Below, piece after piece: positions 32,469 through 41,579 of a stretch of 41,579 bases of DNA (positions are counted from its first letter, which is position 1; each line of letters opens with the position of its first letter). Origin of the DNA: Psammoneis japonica (lineage: Eukaryota). The notes below the pieces were generated by a model that saw only the letters and a program-made list of their open reading frames with translations, did no database searches and was not told where the DNA came from. The position numbers and the translations under genes were made by a program. The stretch is from positions 1 to 41,579 of the forward strand of contig QPGO01000357.1 in the NCBI GenBank assembly GCA_008632985.1, in the 5' to 3' direction.

Positions 32469-35440
32469 ACCATTGCTAACGAGCGGAGCAGAATAGGGGA
32501 AAACCTAAAATCCTATGGTTAATTTCTCAAAGTATTGAAAGGGGGCCTGAAGAGGGATCGAGACGCAGACACCTGAACAGGCGGTTTCAGAGCAGTTAAA
32601 TTTGTTTGTTCAATGGCGGCTAAGAAAATACACGAGGCCCAAATGGAACGTTCAAAGACGGAATCGAGGGAAAAAAGGGTACCGTATACCAGTCCGCCGG
32701 TGCCGTAGTAGCGTCTGATCCCTTTGAACTTAGTGCAACATGCCTCGATGATGCACGAATGTCTACCACAAACAGCGGGGATCGAAGGCAGCATGGTTTC
32801 TTCCGTTCCGACGAGAATCTTGCCAGGCAATCACTTGTCAATAGGAGTGTACAGGTATAATTGTAGTGAGTCTAGAAAACGAAAAAGATGAGGACCTCTG
32901 ATACTGAGTCACGAAACCGCCTCCTTTATGATAAGTTACTTCCAAGGGATCGACCGAAATCGCTATCTTCTTGGTCTACTGGTGCGAGCGTACAGAAATG
33001 TAACGGAGCAGTTGTCTTTGTATCGCCATCGCAAGAGAAGTTGGATTCAAAATCACCGCCGTGAGATAAGAGATCCCGAGAAACACGAAATCATCCTTAT
33101 TGCTGAAGTAGAGTTGCGCCCTTCGGTGGCATAGCTGGCGACAAACTCACCGATCTGAAACTGAATCGGGTAGCACATAGTTGACTTCAATCGTGAACAG
33201 ATGGACTGGAAATCCTGCGACTACTCGCCTTGGTAGAACCATGATAAGGATGTTGCAGCCGAACACACACGCAGGAATGAGGCCCAGACGCTTGAAGAAC
33301 AATTGAGTACGCGCTGCTGAAATGAAATGGTACATGAAACTCGAATCACAAACCGATTCCGTCGGATTCCTGAAACGTTCATGAACTCCCAAACCTGTAC
33401 GTCCATATTTCTGTTGTATTGGTCCTTTTCCCGTCTATTTCCCAGGGACTACTGTATGTGCCATTGTACTGTAAATGCAATCCTTAACGCGTGACAAACC
33501 CTTATGTCAACGGTAGCTTGAAGTGGACTTCAACAGCTCCATCTGGTTAGCACGATTATCCGATGGAAAATGAAGCTGAGCCGATGTGACAGACGCTAAA
33601 TCTATTTTTGCGTGACATTTTCCGTCGAAATATGCTTGGAGTTTCGCAGGGGACGGCTCTGTACGGTACGATGGGAAAACGAAGCATAGCGAGTTCCCAT
33701 TGATGTTCAGTTGGTCCCAAATTCTTGGGTGCAGTTACAACAACCGTCTGTCGTGTCCAAATGGGTGGTGTTGTGTTCAATTGCGACGGACGGTGTTAAA
33801 AAAGTGACGAAAAACAAACCGGACGAGCCCAACTCGAATTTGCATCGTTTCGAAGCAAGCACGAATCCGAATTCCAAACGACGTTGGAAACTATTGAATT
33901 AATGTTGGGTGTATCTCGATGCGCCGCTCGTCTCTTACCCCAGCCGAATAAGGATGGTAGGACCAAAAGAAAAGAGTGCAAACTACCCAAGACCTTTTCC
34001 CATTCTGGTCTGATGACAGAAGAAGTTGTTGAGCTTGTAATGGATGCCTTGTTGCACGCTGAAGTTGGAACGTGTCGCTTCTGCTTCCGTAACACTACGG
34101 TTCTCTTTTTTGGTATAATGGAGCCCTCATTTTCTAATAGGGACATTCTTCTGTGTTCATGGAAAAGGAGATCCAAACGATGGCTGCCAACTCTGTGATG
34201 ATGGCAATTGAGTCATACGGCGTGGCTTGGTATCCAACGCATTGACTGCTCCAAAGAACCAATCACACCTTACCCTTACCGGAACCTTTGATGAGATTTC
34301 CATTTGGGGATTCTACACCACTGATAGAACGATGCGCCCGGGAGTGTCAGTGTCTTTATCGGTAACTCGGTATGATGAGTACTCTCCTGAACTAGCCGAA
34401 GAAATTGATGCGTAAGAAGCTTCAATGAGAAAAGCTGAGAGAACTATGGAATTTGCAACATGGTGTTGCGAGATCCGGGACGGCTTTTAGCATTTGGGTA
34501 CAACACAACGTTCTTGCCGAAGCTGTCGTTTATGAGAAGAGGAGCGTGGGAAGAGGCCCTCTACCAGATAGCATCAATGAACTGTTACCGTTGGAACTGT
34601 CACCATTAGATTGAGCTTCGGGTCTCATTTGAGTCAAGAGCGTACAAGCAGCGCCTCTTGTTCCATAGAGTCATCACTACACCCAAGTTGGAGCATGCCA
34701 CGGTTGGCTCTTGTCCATGCTTACAGAGGAACTTGTGCGAGATAAGTTGGAGGACACAAAGGGAGACGACTAGATCGAAGTCAGTGCAATCAACGCGACA
34801 AGGCAACACCACGCTACATTCCAGCTTTGTCGCTTGAGCCATGCTACGGAAGCACGTCTAAACGAGTCCTGTGTTTGTTTGTCGACGCTCGCACGGAACC
34901 GCGTGTGAAAGTTTCCTATACCATAAATGGAGAAAAATTGTAACTTGGATGATGCTGAATCCGAGTAAGAAAATGGCGATGAATTCGGCGGGGAAGTTTG
35001 AATGGAAGTAACTTTATGTGGCGACGAGAACCGAACAGCGGTCGGTCGACGCCACCAGATCTATTTCGACAATCACGGGCGATGGATGTCTATCTTATTG
35101 AAGTGGCCGCTTCTAAACCTGTCGTAACCAATTCGTGTGTAACGTACCAGCATATTAATGCCAGTAGCTATTGACTATCGATTTGGTAAACGTATGCACA
35201 ATAGAACGTGTCTGACACAACAGCCAGAGCCTGCTAGAGTACTAACGTAGTCTCTTTCCTCTATTCGTACTTCGAAAATGTGGTGCTAGTTTAGATTCTA
35301 AACCTGTCGTGCACAATTCGTACCGGCATGCAAAGTGGCAGCACAGCTATCGACAGCAGCGAACAACAAATTACCAAAATAGCACAAGTGCAAGTGCCAC
35401 ATGATGTTGGGTAGACCGGCTTTCTTGCTCTGGGAAGCAG

Positions 35441-36952
35441 TCACAACCAGTCTTCGGATTTGGGCATGTGATCAAAGCAGCAATACACGTAAATCGACTT
35501 GCACAGACCTTCTTGATGGGCGCTCCAAATTTCAACGCGCTCCTTGCAACCCAAATGACCGCATTCATCAAATTCTCTGTCCGGATGAGAGGAATGAGGG
35601 AGAGTCGTATCCTCCGTTGGTGGCGCGTCTTTGTCTTCGTCGCTTGAGTCGTCGTCTAGGGCAAGGTTATTGACTCCTTCCTCCAACACCACATCGTCGC
35701 TTGAGTCGTCGTCTTGGGTAAGGTCATAAACTCCAGACAGAGGTACTCCTTTCTTCACTACCACATCAATGATGCATTCGTCTTCCATGTGTGGGGCGAA
35801 ATCTTTTGGTGTGTGTGTCGGTGGGATTTCATCTCCATCAAATATGAAAGCAAACCTGTCGGGCGCCTGCACATCCGTTCGCGTTTTTTTGTAGCGATCA
35901 AACACTTCTTGAAAAACTATGTCTGCACAAACCACAAATTCATTTTGCATTGACTTTTCCTGAAACTTCAACTTTAAAAACGGAGGTCCTCCTGGTTGCA
36001 GTTGTTCCTCTTGTAGGGTTAGGGTTTCGTCCGTGGCGGCACGAGGAGCCATGCTGGCGTCACGAGCATCCTTCCATTGGGGCTTGTTGATCGAAAGCCA
36101 TTCCCCTACCTCCCCTTGTCGTCCCGGAAATTCCTCCTCGAGCTCAGGAATGATCGCATACGGAGGCCCTCCTGGTTGTAGTTGTTCCTCTTGTAGCATC
36201 TCTTTACGAATGCGCTTTACAACGGGTGGCTTTCGGTTCCGGTTCCGTTGTTTCCTCAAGAATTCCTTTCGCTTGGCCACTTTGGCTTCCTCCCACTCAC
36301 AGGCTGCCAGCGCTTCCTCCGAAGGACGGCGCGGAGGGTGAGGTTGCAGAGCGGTAATAAGCTCGGCTAAGACTCGTTTTTGAAAGAAGGTTTGCTTTGA
36401 CTTTTTATCTCGATACCTCTGCTGCCGTTCTGCACCGGTCAGTGGGCGCGAAATGCGGTGGCGAGTGGTGTGGCGAGCCGCTTGTTCAGTGTCGTCCGAT
36501 GCTGCACGGTGAGGATGCAGAGCGGTAATAAGCTCGGCTAAGACTCGTTTTTGAAAGAAGGTTTGCTTTGACTTTTTATCTCGATACCTCTGCTGCCGTT
36601 CTGCACCGGTCAGTGGGCGCGAATTGGGGTGGCGAGTGGGGTGGCGAGCCGCTTGTTCAGTGTCGATCGATGCTGCAAGCTTGGGGGCACTATCAGCACA
36701 CTTGATGAAACGATCCATCTTCCATTTGACCTTTCTCTTGGTCATCCATCTTCCAAACTGCGCTTCCTGACCCGCAAATTCCTCGGCTATCTGAGGAAAC
36801 TTCTTATACAACGTCGAAACCTGGTAATACGGCATAAAGACCTCATCCAACTTTCCATTTCTGGCAGGCTCGATGACGAGCTCGCTCAACGTGCGGTTGT
36901 GATCGTCAATCGTACCATAGAGTTCGTCGGGTTTGTCGGACAAAGTACTCAT
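35441..36952 (-). CDS. ~503-aa protein with internal repeats, a SUMO/Rad60-SLD-like ubiquitin-fold domain, SIM-like acidic motifs and a C-terminal Cys/His cluster
   Basis: Uninterrupted ORF, first ATG at 36952 (the ORF track start is TTG). FLKLKF...FQEVFDRY...FAFIFDGDEIPPTHTPKDF..MEDECIIDV resembles SUMO-like domains. Also VYDLTQDDDSSD and a 171-bp internal duplication. Confidence 0.75.
   Translation of the reverse strand: MSTLSDKPDELYGTIDDHNRTLSELVIEPARNGKLDEVFMPYYQVSTLYKKFPQIAEEFAGQEAQFGRWMTKRKVKWKMDRFIKCADSAPKLAASIDTEQAARHPTRHPNSRPLTGAERQQRYRDKKSKQTFFQKRVLAELITALHPHRAASDDTEQAARHTTRHRISRPLTGAERQQRYRDKKSKQTFFQKRVLAELITALQPHPPRRPSEEALAACEWEEAKVAKRKEFLRKQRNRNRKPPVVKRIRKEMLQEEQLQPGGPPYAIIPELEEEFPGRQGEVGEWLSINKPQWKDARDASMAPRAATDETLTLQEEQLQPGGPPFLKLKFQEKSMQNEFVVCADIVFQEVFDRYKKTRTDVQAPDRFAFIFDGDEIPPTHTPKDFAPHMEDECIIDVVVKKGVPLSGVYDLTQDDDSSDDVVLEEGVNNLALDDDSSDEDKDAPPTEDTTLPHSSHPDREFDECGHLGCKERVEIWSAHQEGLCKSIYVYCCFDHMPKSEDWL
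36338..36665. repeat. In-frame 171-bp-period tandem duplication inside the CDS
   Basis: DTEQAARH..RH..SRPLTGAERQQRYRDKKSKQTFFQKRVLAELITAL.PH occurs twice. Confidence 0.92.
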
Positions 36953-37420
36953 CTTGGAGATAGATACAGTGATCGTAGTCGTAGGAACCGAAAGCAAAAC
37001 AGCCGCAACAATGACAACAACAACTACAGCGTCATCGAGTGAGGAGTGAGTAGGGCCCTACGCGTTTTGGAGTTTTCGATCGTTCCGTTATCTCCCTCCC
37101 GAGCGCCGGCCTCGGCGACGTTTATTTTTAACAGAAGTATGAAGCTATTAATGAATGAAGGTTTTTTGATCTATAAGTTATATCAATCATTTTAAATCTG
37201 ACAAGGTTTCAATTGTATATCTAATTCTAGGTATTTCACTTATGAATATATCACTAAAGCTTCTACCAAGCAATCACGTATGTAGAGAAGTTACGTAGCT
37301 ACAAGCAAGGCACGACTATCAACGGAAAAACAAATATTTTTTTAGCACGAATCAAAATCGTGTGTCCGCGCGCACGGAGCCTGTGCGCGACGACGCTCCC
37401 ATGCCTCTCATGCATTCACC

Positions 37421-39426
37421 ATGTCACTTCTGGAAGCGCCGCGACGACGGAAAATGACGACGATACCCGGCGCTGTGCCTCCTCAGATCCTATCTGCATT
37501 GGAGGAGCTTCGCACACCCTCGAGCTACTCCAATTCAGAAAAAGCGGCATGCGAGCTTTTCGAATTCTGCAATGAGCGGAAGAACAAAATTCCTCAGTCG
37601 CTCACCGAAGCCGGATTTCTTGAGACAATCAGTGGTGCAATGGATCACGATGGGCAAAGCAACTCCTTTTGCTTGTATGTCATTCTTGTGATCCAAACTT
37701 TCATGCAGTCAAATGAAGATGACACAGAAGAATTCCTTGAAAAGGGCGGTCTCAAAAGAATGGTGTTTCTGATGGATGCATTTGTCACTGACAAAATCAT
37801 TCAGGCGGCGGGAGTTCAATGCCTCTGTCACCTTATGTTAAGAAACAGTAAGACAAGCGCAGTTGAAATGGGGACAAGCATCATGGAGTGCATTGTCAGA
37901 GCGATGGAAGTTCACAATGACTCAGTCGTGATCGCTGATTTTGGTGTTGCAGGTCTGGTGAAGGCATCGGACTTGCTGCAACATGCATTTCATAACAAGT
38001 TGATGCTTCGGTGCAAAACATGTCTCAAGTGTTTGCTCCCAAACCATCTGCCTGACACTGAGGGATGTAAGAAGAGCTGTTCGCACTTGCTTGAGGAGTT
38101 TGACAAAATGCTCTTTCTCCGTCGTGAGCTGGAGAGAAACTGAGCAAAATTCATCTCTCAGTGCATCGGAGGCCACGCAGCTCTTTCATGCTGTTGCATT
38201 GTTTGTTGCCAAGCCGGGCATGTCAGGAGCACCAGTTGGCAGCAGATTTTTCAAAATGGCCATTGCTTCATTGAATGACAGTGGGCAGACCCAAGAGGTC
38301 TGTGAACAGCTTTGTGTGATGCTCGCCATGTTCATGGGCCACAACAACAAAGGCAAGGATTGCACAAAACAAATCCTTTGTGTGGGTGGCCTCAAAAGTG
38401 CTCTTTGCATGTCAACAGTTTCCCAAAAGATGAAAGGTGTCAGGGATTGGCACTGGACCTTTGCCACTTTTTCTGCATGAACAGCATTGATGCAAAGAAC
38501 GGGGCGGATGTTGCAAACACAGTGCTTGAAAGCACAATCAACATCATGAGCAACCATGAAGACTCATTGCTTGTCTTCAGGCCATCTTGCCAGGTGATTT
38601 GTGAGGCATTGGTTGTTCTTGATTTCTCTGTCATTGACGAAGCACTCTTTGACCAATGCATCAACTGCGTTTCCACTGGGGTTGCAAAGCATTGGAATGA
38701 CAATGAATCTGTCGGAGTTGGTTGATGTGTGCTGGAAGTTTTGATTGGAGTGGATGCTTCAAACAAGGTGTTGGCAAAGCACTCCATGTCACATTTCACT
38801 TCCCAACTGGAGAAACTTTGTCATCTGTCTCGCAATTCCGTGAAGGCGATCGCGGCCGCACGGGAGCTTCACTCCGCAATCGATGCGGAAAATTCCCCCC
38901 TGTCCCTTGTCGATGCTGATTTTTGGATGCAATCACCCGTGCCATGAATCACCTTGGCCAGTCCAGAAGGTTCCATTTTCATTTGTTGAGGATCCTTGTG
39001 AATCTCGTGATTTCACTGGAAGATGCAACTGAGAAAATTGTTGAGAGCGGAGGCATCGCAAGATTGCTTGGTTTTATGAAATCCTTTGCAAATGAAGAGA
39101 AATGGAAGCGGATGGCTCTTGACGTCATCCAACATTTTGCTTCAGAGAAGGATGGTGCCTTTGCTGCTGCCATTGTCGAGAACGATGCAGAGGTGATGCA
39201 AGCCCACAAGGACATGACAAAAATCTACTCCGCGGGTTGCAAGGCACTTCAGCACTCGCTGGAATCAATTGGATGGTGTGTTAAAGATGAAAAATTGCTC
39301 AAGAAAGTTGTGGACTGCGTTTGGCATGGCATTGCAAATCATCCCTGCGATGATGACTTGCAGCAGTTGCAAGGTCGTGCAAGCTGCTGCACGCATTGGT
39401 TGGAGACGAGGCTGCCAAAGAAATGA
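37421..39426 (+). pseudogene. Armadillo-like helical-repeat protein gene, frameshifted and TpA-depleted
   Basis: Repeats of EKGGLKRM / ESGGIARL and IVRAMEVH / INIMSNH / EVMQAH, spread over ORF pieces 37421-38143, ~38150-38450, ~38450-38947 and 38923-39426; Tyr nearly absent after the first ~90 codons. Confidence 0.65.
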
Positions 39427-41160
39427 TTTCACATTCAGAGTGTTGCCATCATGCCAATGCTTGCTGCAGTGCTGCTGCTTGAGAGGCACAGTTGTGAATT
39501 CTGAGATTGCTTTGGATTTTGAAGTGGATTTGCAGTTTTTCATGCTTGAGCAGACTCAGACAAGCTGCGGCACCCATCTGTCCCTTCTTGATCTCTCCTT
39601 CTCCATTCCCGGTGTGAGAAAACAAGGATCAAGACAAGACGGCCGTGCATCCACAGCAGAGAAACGTGCAGCAATCATGCAAGAAAAAATCCCAACAATT
39701 TTCGTTTCGTGCCTTTCAACTGCACATGCACCCTTTTCTCTTTATTTTCTTGTGATCGAACAAATGCATTTCTCATTGCAACATTTGTGATGCACTTTGA
39801 TGCAAAGTTCAGCATTCTGGTTTGAGTGCTTGTCAGGATTGCGAACACAAATGTGGGTGCGGGCTGTCTTGAAGAGAGAATGTGGGGCCATCAGTGCTGC
39901 TCTGCAGCAGCAGCAGCTCTCAAATAAAATGCACACTGTGCAGTTGCAATGGTCACACGCACTGTGTTGCAGCAACAACCTCATTTGTTGTTGCTGTTGT
40001 TCTGTTTGATGCCCAAGGGCTGAGTGTGGTGCAACTCCAAGACATTCAGAGAACAAAAGGTTGTGGTGTCCACACTGCACGGCACTGCAAGATCTTGGTT
40101 TTGCAGCCATTGTTTCAGAAGATGATGTGTCCTTTGCATCAACCTTTGGTCTTGGAGGCATGCAATGCCCATTTTTGTGTGTGGGGGGCGTGTGTGCCAA
40201 CCTCCCAGTGAACACTGGGCAGTTGTGCCAATGACAAAGATGCCTGGGGTTTAGAGGAGAGACTTCAAACCCACTTGCACACCTTCTTTCTAGATTGCAG
40301 CACACTTTGCCCCAAAGAGGCAGGTGGAATGGTTGTCTGATGCCGCCAACCACAAAAATCATGTGTGTGCACAGATTGCTGCTGCGAAACTCACCAGATG
40401 GGGTCATTTGTTGACTGTTGGCCAGCACACCCAGTGACGCCACAAGGCTCACAAGGACACACCAGAATGTTGGCAAGCGCCAGTGGCTGAGAACAAGAAG
40501 GTCTCTGAGTTCCAGGAGGGGCATCTCTGACCCCAGGTTGGAGACAAGGAAGAGTGTGATGGATGGAAACCATGCCAAGCTTGCGAGCTTTGAGGCTCGC
40601 CAGCAGCACGTCAAAGCTCTGGTGGTCAAGTGTGCCAAGAGCTGGCACAGGGCCAAAACTCACACAACTGCCGGTGTTGGTCAACATGAGAACAACTGAC
40701 ACAGAAAGCAAGGTGGTGAGCAAGGTTCAAAGAAGAAAATGCCTGGGATTGGGGCAGACTGCTGATGAGTGATGAGGCTGGCTCTGTTTGCTCTGCAGCT
40801 CCAGTGTGTGCATGCACGACCCCCTCATTTTTTTGGAATGCTCTGCATGACAAAGTCTCACACAAAACAAACTTGCACATCCAATGATGATCAATTGCAC
40901 AGCATCAACAAAGCCAGCACCCTTCACCGTCCAACCGGTCCATTTCATCCAAGACTGAACGAGTGCAAAATCATCACTTTTTTGGTTGGTGCTGACATTG
41001 TGCGTCATGTTGATTGTCATCATGCACTTGGCTTTGTTGCACCTTGCAAGCCTTGGTGTGGAAATGTGTGTGTCTTGTGATTGTCTTGGCTGTGGTTGTT
41101 GTCCTGAAATGGCTCTGTCATTTGTGAGAGTTGACTTGCCAGACATGTGCCCACTCGTGG

Positions 41161-41579
41161 GTGTTGCAGGAGCTGCTCGTATTTGCTCAAACTGACAACG
41201 AAGGAAACAATGAAGAGCGCAAGATAAAATTCTTCAATGGACTCAAGGTCAACAGTTCCCTGCGAGAATTGACAATTCGGTTTGATTCTTGTGGCCCAGA
41301 TGCTGCAGATGCATTGGGTAATGCGATGGCTGAGAATGGAACGCTCAGAAGCCTCCACCTTGAACATGAAGAAGGCGGTTTTCTTCAAGACCGAATCTTG
41401 CGTCAGGTGGGAAGAGGGCTTCGATACAACACGTCGTTGCAGTACCTCGCGGTTGGATTTCATCCCTTCCAAAGGGGAGGGATTGAGACATTTGCGACGG
41501 CCTTTCGGGAAAATCGAACTTTGGAGACATTGGTGATTCACTCTTGGGAACAAGTTGGGCCTGTGGGCGCAACTCACTT
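41161..41579 (+). CDS. Partial RNI-like (NLRC3-type) leucine-rich-repeat coding sequence, running off the window
   Basis: Open frame not in the ORF track: GLKVNSSLRELTI...ALGNAMAENGTLRSLHL...GLRYNTSLQYLAV...AFRENRTLETLVI; 5' end unresolved. Confidence 0.8.
   Translation, partial: MLQELLVFAQTDNEGNNEERKIKFFNGLKVNSSLRELTIRFDSCGPDAADALGNAMAENGTLRSLHLEHEEGGFLQDRILRQVGRGLRYNTSLQYLAVGFHPFQRGGIETFATAFRENRTLETLVIHSWEQVGPVGATH

Noticed and set aside
32500..35400. Genes in the short ORFs between the DUF285 gene and the SUMO-like gene
   Set aside because: No recognisable domain or consistent splice model; may hold decayed genes but cannot be supported.
39430..41150. 304-aa and neighbouring ORFs as real genes
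   Set aside because: Heavily TpA-depleted, Tyr-free and with no motif I can recognise.

Overview
Eukaryotic genomic DNA, most consistent with a pennate diatom (inferred from gene style, short GT-AG introns and TE families; not verifiable here). Bases 1-~25.9 kb are nested degenerate transposons. A Ginger-type integrase element is split by a rearranged Ty3/Gypsy LTR element that carries a Tc1/mariner-type MITE. A tyrosine-recombinase (Ngaro/DIRS-like) retroelement block is interrupted by two MITEs with 4-bp TSDs. Bases ~25.9-37.3 kb are ordinary gene space: an IPI1/TEX10-like gene plus a partial tandem copy, a DUF285-repeat surface protein, and a SUMO-like-domain protein. Bases ~37.3-41.2 kb are degenerate again, and an LRR gene runs off the end. 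The main signal is domain-restricted, near-saturating conversion of TpA to TpG or CpA, i.e. A->G at TpA on either strand, the reverse of fungal RIP. Hand alignment of paralogous copies inside the window gives 26 of 33 and 15 of 16 TpA sites converted, with few other changes. It turns Tyr into His/Cys (including the recombinase catalytic Tyr) and erases TAA/TAG stops, which explains the many spurious Cys/His-rich ORFs. It also reaches host-type genes but spares a tandem gene duplication. All counts are by hand; the enzyme and mechanism are not visible in this window.
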